DNA from: a virus
Taxonomy: Duplodnaviria > Caudoviricetes
IMG/VR virus record: IMGVR_UViG_3300036760_000091
Coordinates: 1 to 58,355 of that record
Strand: one strand, 5' to 3'
DNA length: 58,355 bases
The notes beneath the pieces were generated by a model that saw only the letters and a list, made by a program, of their open reading frames with translations, did not search any database and was not told where the DNA came from. Numbering within the stretch: the stretch's first letter is position 1; each line of letters opens with the position of its first letter. The position numbers and the translations under genes are program-made. This document shows positions 1 through 7,528 of the stretch, one piece after another.

Positions 1-1
1 C

Positions 2-514
2 CCGGCCCCGACCCTCACGGGCGCGACCCTCACGGACGCGACCCTCAGGGGCGCGACCCTCACGGGCGCGAACCTCACGGGCGCGACCCTCACGGACGCG
101 ACCCTCAGGGGCGCGACCCTCACGGGCGCGACCCTCACGGACGCGTACCTCACGGGCGCGAACCTCACGGGCGCGAACCTCACGGACGCGTACCTCACGG
201 GCGCGAACCTCACGGGCGCGACCCTCAGGGGCGCGAACCTCACGGACGCGAACAACTTGCGCCTACCGACCGGAGAGACGTGGCTCGAGTACTTGACTGA
301 AACGGTGCCCGCGCTGCTCACGGCCGGCGGGAAGTCGCTGGAGAGCTTCGCTGCTCACTGGGAGTGCCATTCCTGGGAGAACTGCCCAATGGCTCACGCC
401 TTCGACGCCAAGCGGCTGGAGGATCTGCCGATTCTTCTGAGGCCGCGCGCGGACCAGTTCATCCAGTTCTTCGACGCCAAGCAGATTCCGTGGCCGCTTC
501 CAGTGAAGGCGTGA
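2..514 (+). CDS. Pentapeptide-repeat protein, 3' part (continues from the gene starting at 57955)
   Basis: Frame 2 is open from nt 2 and reads A(T/N/Y)L(T/R)(G/D) repeats, then a unique C-terminus (LRLPTGETW...PWPLPVKA*). Confidence 0.85.
   Translation, partial: PAPTLTGATLTDATLRGATLTGANLTGATLTDATLRGATLTGATLTDAYLTGANLTGANLTDAYLTGANLTGATLRGANLTDANNLRLPTGETWLEYLTETVPALLTAGGKSLESFAAHWECHSWENCPMAHAFDAKRLEDLPILLRPRADQFIQFFDAKQIPWPLPVKA
11..253 (+). repeat. 15-nt tandem repeat encoding pentapeptide repeats
   Basis: Unit gcg(aac/acc/tac)ctc(acg/agg)(ggc/gac) repeated in tandem. Confidence 0.95.
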
Positions 515-620
515 AGAAAATCTGTTCATGGTGCGGGGTCACGCTCGCTGATGGTCCCCTGCCTGCCTCACACGGTATCTGCCCGGCGCGGCCAAACGCG
601 CCACGAAAGGACGGCGGTAA

Positions 621-938
621 ATGACTGAAGACCAGATGCGCGCGGACACGCTCACCGATCCGCTCCCGGGCGTCTCTCGGATGCGCGAGGCGACGACCGT
701 TGAGGAAGTCCTCGCCAAGCTCGGGCCGGCGCTCGGGTTCGTCAGCCTCCCGGACGTGCGCCTGCTCGCGGCGCACCCGAAGTACCGCCTGCAGGCGATT
801 CTGGTCCGCTGCGGGGCCTTCCGGCTCACGGCTCCCGCGCAGGACATCGAGGCGATCGTCCACCTGATCGAGCGCGAGGGCACGACCTACGTGCGCGATA
901 TGTCCGTCCCGACGTCGGGACAGGGAGTCGGCCGATGA
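621..938 (+). CDS. Hypothetical protein
   Basis: ATG preceded by aaagga; GC3-rich ORF. Confidence 0.65.
   Translation: MTEDQMRADTLTDPLPGVSRMREATTVEEVLAKLGPALGFVSLPDVRLLAAHPKYRLQAILVRCGAFRLTAPAQDIEAIVHLIEREGTTYVRDMSVPTSGQGVGR
906..921. promoter_or_regulatory. Palindrome GTCCCGACGTCGGGAC (copy 1 of 6)
   Basis: Perfect 16-bp palindrome; the 14-bp core recurs at 1476, 26115, 42243, 51942 and 55038. Confidence 0.7.
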
Positions 939-1036
939 CCGTCACCAAAGCCGCGCAAGCCTCGCCCACCTGAATCGCCCGGAAGGCGCGGCGGTCGAGT
1001 GCAACGCCCTCATCACCCAGTAGAAGGAGAGACGTC

Positions 1037-1384
1037 ATGTTCAAGGTTCACATCATCCCGAACGACAAAGGCAACCCGCCCGGCAAGCTCGCAGACGCCG
1101 AACTGCACTTCGAGGCCGAGGCGGGACCGCTCGCCGGGCAGAAGTTGATCGGCTTCTCGGTCTGGGAGTCGGTCAACGGTCGCAACGTGACGTTCCCGGC
1201 CCGGAGCTACAGCGTCAACGGCGATCGTCGGAGCTTCGCGCTCGTGCGGCCCATCAAGGATGGCTCCCCGGCCCCGTTGCGCGAGGTCATCCTCGCCGCC
1301 TACGCCAACTGGGAAGCCGCCGTGGACGAGACGGCCCGCGAGAACGCCGACATCGAGTCCGACGCCCGCCAGTCCGCCCGCTAG
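1037..1384 (+). CDS. SpoVG-like nucleic-acid-binding protein
   Basis: Strong RBS aaggag; pattern KLADAELHF...LIGFSVW...NVTFPAR...SFALVRPI...ILAAY resembles SpoVG-fold proteins. Confidence 0.55.
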   Translation: MFKVHIIPNDKGNPPGKLADAELHFEAEAGPLAGQKLIGFSVWESVNGRNVTFPARSYSVNGDRRSFALVRPIKDGSPAPLREVILAAYANWEAAVDETARENADIESDARQSAR

Positions 1385-1401
1385 CCCGCTCCCCGCCGTT
1401 T

Positions 1402-1451
1402 CCCCGGACTGTCCATCTTTCTTGACAGTCCGGGGCCTTCTACCTCATCCT
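1402..1451 (+). promoter_or_regulatory. Putative promoter of the packaging operon with an overlapping 12-bp inverted repeat
   Basis: CCCCGGACTGTC-N10-GACAGTCCGGGG (1402-1435) overlaps TTGACA (1422-1427); weak -10 CATCCT at 1446-1451. Confidence 0.5.
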
Positions 1452-1475
1452 ATGCCTCGACGGAAGACGGACTTA

Positions 1476-1489
1476 TCCCGACGTCGGGA
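1476..1489. promoter_or_regulatory. Palindrome TCCCGACGTCGGGA (copy 2), upstream of terS
   Basis: Exact 14-bp palindrome. Confidence 0.7.
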
Positions 1490-1530
1490 CGAGCCGTCAT
1501 ACCGATTTCCCGACAACTGAGGCTCTACCG

Positions 1531-2169
1531 GTGCCCAAGACCAAGCGGGACCTCGCTCGGCCCCTCACTCCGCGCCAAGCCGCCTTTGTCGCGGCCTACC
1601 TCGTCTGCGGCATCGCCACTCAGGCTCTGGTCGAGGCCGGCTACTCGCCCAAGAGCGCAGACAGCCAGGCCAGCCATGTGCTGAGACTTCCGCAGGTCCG
1701 CGCGGCGATCCGTGCGGGCGAGAGCGCGAAGCTCGATCGGACGCTGCTGACAGCGGAGCGCGTGCTCGAAGAGCACCGACGGTTGGCGTTCAGCGACATC
1801 GGGCACCTGTTCACGACGGACGGGAAGCTCAAGCCCATCCGATCGTTGCCGGCGGAGATTCGGAGCTGCATCTCCAGCGTGAAGGTGATGAAGCGCAACC
1901 TGATCGCCGGGGACGGCGTGGCCGAGGACGTGATTGAGATCAAACTCTGGGACAAGAACAAGGCCCTGGAGAACCTGATGAAACACTTCGGGTTGATGGT
2001 GGATCTGCACGCGGACGTCACCCAGAAGATGATTGACAGCATGGACGAGGGGGACATCCGGACGCGGATTGCCCAGATCCTCGCCAAGATCCCGCCCGCG
2101 CAGCTGGCGGCGATCCCGCAAATCGTTAAGGAAAATGCGGTAGGCCCATCGGCGGGAACCAACCGGTGA
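1531..2169 (+). CDS. terS: Terminase small subunit
   Basis: LTPRQAAFVAAY...ATQALVEAGYSPKSA HTH, LAFSDI and EIKLWDKNKALENLMKH motifs; precedes terL. Confidence 0.92.
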   Translation: MPKTKRDLARPLTPRQAAFVAAYLVCGIATQALVEAGYSPKSADSQASHVLRLPQVRAAIRAGESAKLDRTLLTAERVLEEHRRLAFSDIGHLFTTDGKLKPIRSLPAEIRSCISSVKVMKRNLIAGDGVAEDVIEIKLWDKNKALENLMKHFGLMVDLHADVTQKMIDSMDEGDIRTRIAQILAKIPPAQLAAIPQIVKENAVGPSAGTNR

Positions 2170-2456
2170 GCCTGATGAACTGCTGCGGCGGACAGGCGCG
2201 GCCGCGCGAGAAGGGTGATCCGCCGATCGTGGTCGTGAAGGGCCGGTGTCCGCTCTGCATCCAGGCGGCGCATGAACTGGCCCTGCCGGCGGGCGTCGTG
2301 CCGTTCGTCATCGTGGCGCACACCATCACGGCGGCGGAAGAGGCGCTGATCGATCATTGCGACCTGTTCCACGGGCCAAAGGTCCCCGGCTTCGACATGA
2401 CGTTCGAGGAAACGAGCGCGCCGGGCCGGCCGATCACGCGGAGCATCAAACAGTGA
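2166..2456 (+). CDS. Hypothetical protein
   Basis: GTGA overlap with the terS stop. Confidence 0.55.
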   Translation: MSLMNCCGGQARPREKGDPPIVVVKGRCPLCIQAAHELALPAGVVPFVIVAHTITAAEEALIDHCDLFHGPKVPGFDMTFEETSAPGRPITRSIKQ

Positions 2457-2568
2457 GGCGCTACAGCGTGCTCGGGTCGTTGGTGAAGGACTCGTACTGG
2501 CGCGCGTTCATCTACGGGCTGATCATCGGCGGGCTGGTGGTCGACCTCGCGCACAAGGTAGCGAGGTC

Positions 2569-3408
2569 ATGGTGACGTTGATCCCAGGCGTGCCGGACGC
2601 CGACATCCGCGAGTTATTCGCGCTCTACGAGAGCCTGACGGCCCGCGAAGGCTGCGCGTTCAACACCTACTTCCCGGACGCGGGACCGCTCCGCCGGGAG
2701 CTGTATCCGCGCTCGCTGCTGTTCTGGCTGGCCGGCACGCTCGACCGGGAGCGCATGATGATGGCCGCGAACCGGTGCAGCAAGACCGTGACAGCGGCCT
2801 TTGAGATGACCAGCCACCTGACGGGCCTGTACAAACCGTGGTGGCCGGGCCGGACGTTCGAGGGGCCGATCGAGGCGTGGGCAGCGGGCGACACGCTCGA
2901 AACGACGCGGGACATCATCCAGAACGAACTGTGCGGGCCTCGGCAGCTGGTGAAGGTCAAGCGGTTCGCCGGCATGATTCCGCCTCACCTGATTCTCGAT
3001 CGGTCGCTGAAGTCGGGCAGCGTGAGCGAGTGCATCGACACGCTGTGGATCAAGCACCGGGAGCGGCACCACGGTGCGCCGTGCACGTCGGTCCTCCAGT
3101 TCAAGGCGTTCAACCAGGGCCGGCTGTCGTTCCAGGGGACGAGCAAGCACCTGATCTGGCTGGACGAGGAACCGCCCGAAGCCGGGGACGAAGCGCCCGG
3201 CGGGGGTGGCACGCCGAGCGGGAACGGAGACGTGGTCACAGAGTGCCTGTTGCGGACGGCGACGACCAATGGCCTGCTGATGTTGACCCTGACGCCGCTG
3301 CGCGGGCTGACGCCGTTCCTGGAGAGCTGTCTCGAGCGCGGGGTGATGGTGGACGCGGACGGCGCGGTCATCAACGCGAAGGTCGGGATGTTTGGAGCAG
3401 CAGCATGA
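2569..3408 (+). CDS. terL: Terminase large subunit, N-terminal ATPase half (P22 gp2-like)
   Basis: Walker A variant AANRCSKT, Walker B LIWLDEEPP, coupling motif TLTP(LRG); ORF stops before the lid and nuclease. Confidence 0.9.
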   Translation: MVTLIPGVPDADIRELFALYESLTAREGCAFNTYFPDAGPLRRELYPRSLLFWLAGTLDRERMMMAANRCSKTVTAAFEMTSHLTGLYKPWWPGRTFEGPIEAWAAGDTLETTRDIIQNELCGPRQLVKVKRFAGMIPPHLILDRSLKSGSVSECIDTLWIKHRERHHGAPCTSVLQFKAFNQGRLSFQGTSKHLIWLDEEPPEAGDEAPGGGGTPSGNGDVVTECLLRTATTNGLLMLTLTPLRGLTPFLESCLERGVMVDADGAVINAKVGMFGAAA

Positions 3409-3737
3409 GCACACAAGAAGAAGATTTCCAGCGGTTCTGTGAGGCCCTCCCTGCGCCGACGTGCGCGCCGAAGGACTGCACCCACCCGCAGCACGCCGCG
3501 TTTGTGGCGGTCAACCGGATGCTGGATAGCGGCCTGTTCTGCGCGGACGTCCGGATACGGTGCGTCGAGTGCGGCATCGACTTCCGGTTTACTGGTCTGC
3601 CCTCGGGCGTCCATCCGACGCAGCCGATGGTGTCGATCACGGGGACGGAACTCCGCGCGCCGATTGAGCCGGAAACCGAGACACGGCTCCACGAGACGGC
3701 CTCGTTCACCATGCCGGCCATCCCGACGAGGCACTGA
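3405..3737 (+). CDS. Hypothetical Zn-ribbon protein
   Basis: ATGA overlap with the terL-N stop; CVECG motif. Confidence 0.6.
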   Translation: MSTQEEDFQRFCEALPAPTCAPKDCTHPQHAAFVAVNRMLDSGLFCADVRIRCVECGIDFRFTGLPSGVHPTQPMVSITGTELRAPIEPETETRLHETASFTMPAIPTRH

Positions 3738-3739
3738 CA

Positions 3740-3964
3740 ATGACGACACCGTGGCCGATCGATAAGCAGTATCCGGGACAGCCGGAGCATGGCGACACCG
3801 TCCGGGTGCGTCCGCCCGGCCTCTACCCGCCGTTGCCGGCGGAACCGCGTCGAGTCGGCGGATGGAAGATCGCGCTCATCCTGTCGATCGGCCTACTGTC
3901 GGCCTTCGGCGCGGGTGTCGGCCTCGTGTGGCTCTGGGGTCGGTTCGTGATGTCCTGCTCATGA
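3740..3964 (+). CDS. Small membrane protein
   Basis: C-terminal hydrophobic helix IALILSIGLLSAFGAGVGLVWLW. Confidence 0.55.
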   Translation: MTTPWPIDKQYPGQPEHGDTVRVRPPGLYPPLPAEPRRVGGWKIALILSIGLLSAFGAGVGLVWLWGRFVMSCS

Positions 3965-3992
3965 CCGGGCGTATACTGTCCAGCACTCCACA

Positions 3993-4376
3993 ATGAACCG
4001 CCGGCACTTTCTCCAGTCGCTGCTGGCCGTCCCGGCGCTGACGCTCGCCCTGGCCAAGAAGCCCGAGGCGGCGCTGTGTAAATGCGGGAAGCCGATGCCG
4101 GCCCACCTGGCGCGGCTGACGCCGGAGGACTTTCAGGCGCGCTACATCCGGCCGGCGGCGCTGGCGATTGCCGCCAAAATTGACGAAGACTGCCTGCGCG
4201 CGTATCTCGAAGTCAACCGGCAGATGGACGAGTGGTACGGCGAGCCGGTAGGCGGCTGGAACGCGCGGCCGGTCACGCTGCTACCGCCGCAGCCCGATCA
4301 GGTGTTCATCGCGTCCGGCGGGCGGGGCTACATCCTCACTGGCAGCGGTATGGGATTCTCGGAACTGGAGGCGTGA
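3993..4376 (+). CDS. Twin-arginine signal protein with coat-like and gp10-like fragments
   Basis: MNRRHFL plus hydrophobic stretch and ALA; internal segments align with this genome's coat and gp10-like proteins. Confidence 0.7.
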   Translation: MNRRHFLQSLLAVPALTLALAKKPEAALCKCGKPMPAHLARLTPEDFQARYIRPAALAIAAKIDEDCLRAYLEVNRQMDEWYGEPVGGWNARPVTLLPPQPDQVFIASGGRGYILTGSGMGFSELEA

Positions 4377-4537
4377 TGGCGAAGACACTACACCCGACGA
4401 TGCAGGCGCGCGCAGCGGCCACGAAGGCGGTCTACGCGGAGAAGCGGACCGACCCGAGCTTCATGGCGAAGTCCCCGCGTGAGCGGATCGGCATCGTCAG
4501 CCGGGAAGTCTCGAAGCGCGGCGGCGGCACGAAGTGA
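4376..4537 (+). CDS. Small basic hypothetical protein
   Basis: ggagg RBS and TGATG coupling. Confidence 0.6.
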   Translation: MAKTLHPTMQARAAATKAVYAEKRTDPSFMAKSPRERIGIVSREVSKRGGGTK

Positions 4538-4734
4538 AACCGCTCACGCCTGAAGGCCGGGTCATGCGGCTGGTGCGCCGGGTGGCGTACCGTCTCGTGG
4601 GGATCCGCGTCGGGCCGGCGATGCTCCAGATCCGTGGCGAGTGGATTTACATCGGCCCTTGCGGCAAGACATGGCGTGTCGTGCCCACAGGCGACGAGCA
4701 CTCTCCGCTGATGATCATGCTGGAGAAGTACTAA
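4534..4734 (+). CDS. Hypothetical protein
   Basis: GTGA coupling. Confidence 0.55.
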   Translation: MKPLTPEGRVMRLVRRVAYRLVGIRVGPAMLQIRGEWIYIGPCGKTWRVVPTGDEHSPLMIMLEKY

Positions 4735-4844
4735 CCCAGACCCTCCGGGCTGCACGTCGAGGACGACGTGGAGCACCCTGCTTGTGGACTAGGCAAGGCC
4801 CGACCTCGGCGGGGTGCACCCGCCCGGCCCGGACGAACGAACCG

Positions 4845-5027
4845 ATGAACAGACGCCGCTTTCTCCACCTGTTGACGATGGCCGCTTCGGCGGTGGCGGT
4901 CAGTCCGTATTGGACGCCGACGCCGGAACTGGTCGAGCCGCTCCCTCCGCCGCCGGTCTATTCGGGCGACCCGTGGGTCTACGAATCCACCGTCACGCGC
5001 GTGGCCGCGATCGGGCCGACCAGATGA
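4845..5027 (+). CDS. Small twin-arginine signal protein
   Basis: MNRRRFLHLLTMAASAVAV; internal ATG of the 4641 ORF. Confidence 0.6.
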   Translation: MNRRRFLHLLTMAASAVAVSPYWTPTPELVEPLPPPPVYSGDPWVYESTVTRVAAIGPTR

Positions 5028-5115
5028 TCGCCATCGAAGTCGGTGGCGGAGTGCTCTACAACGGGTCACGCAGCACCCGACGGTCAAGTTCTGCGAGAAA
5101 GCTGATTGTGTAGTC

Positions 5116-5292
5116 ATGCTCGGAAGCCTCGGAATGCCGGAACTGGTTGTCATCGCGGTCGTCGTGCTGCTCATCTTCGGACCGAAGAAGCTGCCCGGCC
5201 TCGCGCGCGGCCTCGGAGAGTCGATCAAGGAGTTCAAGAAGGCGGGGAAGGAACTTCAGGACACGGTGAACGAGGCCCATGACCGCGACTAG
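5116..5292 (+). CDS. tatA: Twin-arginine translocase TatA/TatE family subunit (58 aa, not in the ORF track)
   Basis: MLGSLGMPELVVIAVVVLLIFGPKKLPGLARGLGESIKEFKKA: TM helix, FG hinge, KLP motif and amphipathic helix with FK. Confidence 0.92.
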   Translation: MLGSLGMPELVVIAVVVLLIFGPKKLPGLARGLGESIKEFKKAGKELQDTVNEAHDRD

Positions 5293-5590
5293 CTCCGGCC
5301 CGCTGTCGGAGGATGCGCGCACGGCGCTGCTGCTTGCGCAGGCTGCGCTGGAGAACGTCCATGAACCGCTCGACTCGAATGTGCTGGACGCGGTCAACGC
5401 CGTACTCGAGGCCGACAAGGCGCTGAAGGATCGCGTACATCCGGACCGCCGGCAGTTCTGGCTGATCCTGGATTGTTACCACTGGTACAAATGGACCGGG
5501 GACTCTCCCCATGCCAGCGAGTTGAAATGCCCAACGTGCGGAGCCGGCGCAACGGTCCTTGACCGTACCCCGGTGACGGAACGCCCATGA
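5279..5590 (+). CDS. Hypothetical Zn-ribbon protein
   Basis: CYH...CPTCG. Confidence 0.55.
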   Translation: MTATSSGPLSEDARTALLLAQAALENVHEPLDSNVLDAVNAVLEADKALKDRVHPDRRQFWLILDCYHWYKWTGDSPHASELKCPTCGAGATVLDRTPVTERP

Positions 5591-5994
5591 GCCGACACAA
5601 CGCGAGCGACCCGTTCAAGGAACTGCCAAAGGCGTTCTGGATCGGGCAGACCATCAAGGCGATCATTGCCACGACCGGCCCGAACCATCGCTACATGATG
5701 TTCCGCGAGGGGTTCGTGCCCTTTCAAGACCGCATCCTGCCAGCGTTCAACAGCATCAACCCGTGCAAGTTCGACGCGAACGACGCGCGGACGATCTGGG
5801 AGGGCCTGAAGAAGTGGTCCGCCCGGCACGAGGCGCATCTCCAGATCTTCCTCGACCGGGCCTTTGAAGAGACGCGCCGCCGGAGCTGGAAACAGGCCGA
5901 CGAGCCGCTCGGGGACAACCACAACCCGGACATCGAGACGGACAGCGTGAAGCACGGGCACGCCTCGTTCGAGAAGGGACGGATGGTCCGATGA
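5587..5994 (+). CDS. Hypothetical protein
   Basis: ATGA coupling; GC3-rich. Confidence 0.65.
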   Translation: MSRHNASDPFKELPKAFWIGQTIKAIIATTGPNHRYMMFREGFVPFQDRILPAFNSINPCKFDANDARTIWEGLKKWSARHEAHLQIFLDRAFEETRRRSWKQADEPLGDNHNPDIETDSVKHGHASFEKGRMVR

Positions 5995-6200
5995 CGCAAC
6001 CCACCGGCACGGCGCAAGGGCGCTGCGAGACGACCCAGACCGAGCGGTACGTCAACGCGGCCTGCACCTGCGACACGTACCCGGAGAACCTCGGCCCGTG
6101 CCTGCGCTTCGAGGAAGGCGAGCGTTCTGGGTTCTGCGTCTACTGCGATCACGGCGTGGGTTGTCATCAGCAATTGCTTCAAGCCGGGATCATTCCCTGA
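5991..6200 (+). CDS. Small Cys-rich protein
   Basis: ATGA coupling; several Cys/His pairs. Confidence 0.55.
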   Translation: MTQPTGTAQGRCETTQTERYVNAACTCDTYPENLGPCLRFEEGERSGFCVYCDHGVGCHQQLLQAGIIP

Positions 6201-6586
6201 TGGGTCGCAAAGCCCAAGCCAAGCGTGCGGAGAAGGCCACGAAGCCGAAGGGCCGCAAGACTGTCTCAGGGTCGAGGGACACCCGCGTCATGCAGCGACT
6301 GAAGAAGCTGATGCCGGAGATCACGACGAAGCACCAGGTGGAAGAGATGGTCGCGCAGTCGAGCAACCCGCGCGCGGCGCGGAAGCTCTATCTGCGCTTG
6401 CTCGGAGGGCGCTACGACGAGTTGCCCTGCTGCGGGAAGGCCGAACTGTGCCGCGTCCAGCACGCCGCGATCGAGCACGGCGACCGCTGTCCGGAGAAGG
6501 ACAAGCAGGTCGTGCTGCCGGATTCCGTCGACGGCCTTGCCGCCATGCGCTACGGCCGCGTCACCCGCGCGCTGGAGAGTCTGTAA
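6200..6586 (+). CDS. Hypothetical basic protein
   Basis: TGATG coupling at 6200 (MGRKAQAKRAEK...). Confidence 0.6.
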   Translation: MGRKAQAKRAEKATKPKGRKTVSGSRDTRVMQRLKKLMPEITTKHQVEEMVAQSSNPRAARKLYLRLLGGRYDELPCCGKAELCRVQHAAIEHGDRCPEKDKQVVLPDSVDGLAAMRYGRVTRALESL

Positions 6587-6709
6587 GTGGCGTTCAAGAC
6601 GAAGACCGCCGCGCGCGTCTACCACGCGAAGTGGCGGCAGTCGAACGGCACAGTGTCAAGAAGCGATATCGCAGAGTCGCTGATCGCGTATCTCATTGCG
6701 AGTAGGTGA
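6587..6709 (+). pseudogene. 40-codon ORF, possible endonuclease remnant, in frame with terL-C
   Basis: MAFKTKTAARVYHAKWRQSN...DIAESLIAYLIASR*; its ends resemble the termini of the endonuclease VII-like genes at 36480 and 37295. Confidence 0.35.
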
Positions 6710-6712
6710 CTT

Positions 6713-7528
6713 ATCTTTATAATCACGGCAAATTGGGACGACAATGCCCCACACCTTGACGCGAAGGCGCGCGCGGACCTGTGGGCGGCGATTCCGAATT
6801 ACCAGAAAGACGCGCGATCGAAGGGCATCCCGCAGTTGGGAGCCGGGGTCATCTACCCGATTCCCGACACGGACATCCTGGTCGATGCGTTCAAGATCCC
6901 GGACTTCTGGCCGCGCGGCTACGGCCTCGACATCGGCTGGAACAAGGTGGCGGTCATCTGGGACGCGATGGACCCGGACACGCTCGACAACGAGGGCGGA
7001 CCGACGATCTACCGGTACGACGAGCACTACGCGGGCGAGCAGCATCCGTCGATCCACGCGGAGGCTATCCGTCGACGCGGCGTCTGGATCCCCGGCGTCA
7101 TCGACCCGGCGGCGCGCGGCCGCACCCAGGACGACGGCAAGAAGCTGATTACGATCTGGCGCGCGGCCATCTACGGCGTCGAGGACATCTCGCTCGGCGT
7201 CCAGATGCTCGGCATCGCCAACAACGCGGTCGAGAGCGGCATCAGCCTCGAGTACACGGCTATGACGACGGGCCGGCTGAAGGTGTTCAAGAACCGCTGC
7301 CCGAACTGGATGGCGGAGCGCCGGCTGTATCGGCGCGATGAGCACGGCCGGATCGTGAAGAAGAACGACCACGCGCTCGACGCCGGCCGCTACCGGACCG
7401 CGTCCGGGACGGGGTACTTGAAGGCGAAGCCGGTGACGGCGCGGGAAGATCCCTTGTCGGCGTTTATGAGCGGCCATCGTGGTGGCTCTGGCAATAACGG
7501 GCAGATGCCCGGACTGGAGAATATCTGA
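6713..7528 (+). CDS. terL: Terminase large subunit, C-terminal lid plus nuclease half (homology extends upstream of the called TTG at 6836; start probably ATC 6713)
   Basis: Frame open from 6710: FIITANWDDNAPHL...DARSKGIPQLGAG, GLDIGWN, DPAARGR, NDHALDAGRY. Confidence 0.85.
   Translation: MFIITANWDDNAPHLDAKARADLWAAIPNYQKDARSKGIPQLGAGVIYPIPDTDILVDAFKIPDFWPRGYGLDIGWNKVAVIWDAMDPDTLDNEGGPTIYRYDEHYAGEQHPSIHAEAIRRRGVWIPGVIDPAARGRTQDDGKKLITIWRAAIYGVEDISLGVQMLGIANNAVESGISLEYTAMTTGRLKVFKNRCPNWMAERRLYRRDEHGRIVKKNDHALDAGRYRTASGTGYLKAKPVTAREDPLSAFMSGHRGGSGNNGQMPGLENI

Noticed and set aside
1-255. Terminal repeats as a CRISPR array or DGR variable region
   Set aside because: Contiguous 15-nt units with no spacers, in-frame coding, and no cas or reverse transcriptase gene
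3409-6709. Group I/II intron, intein or excisable element in terL
   Set aside because: No recognisable catalytic RNA core, RT, intein termini, recombinase or flanking repeats; the interval is filled with ordinary coupled ORFs
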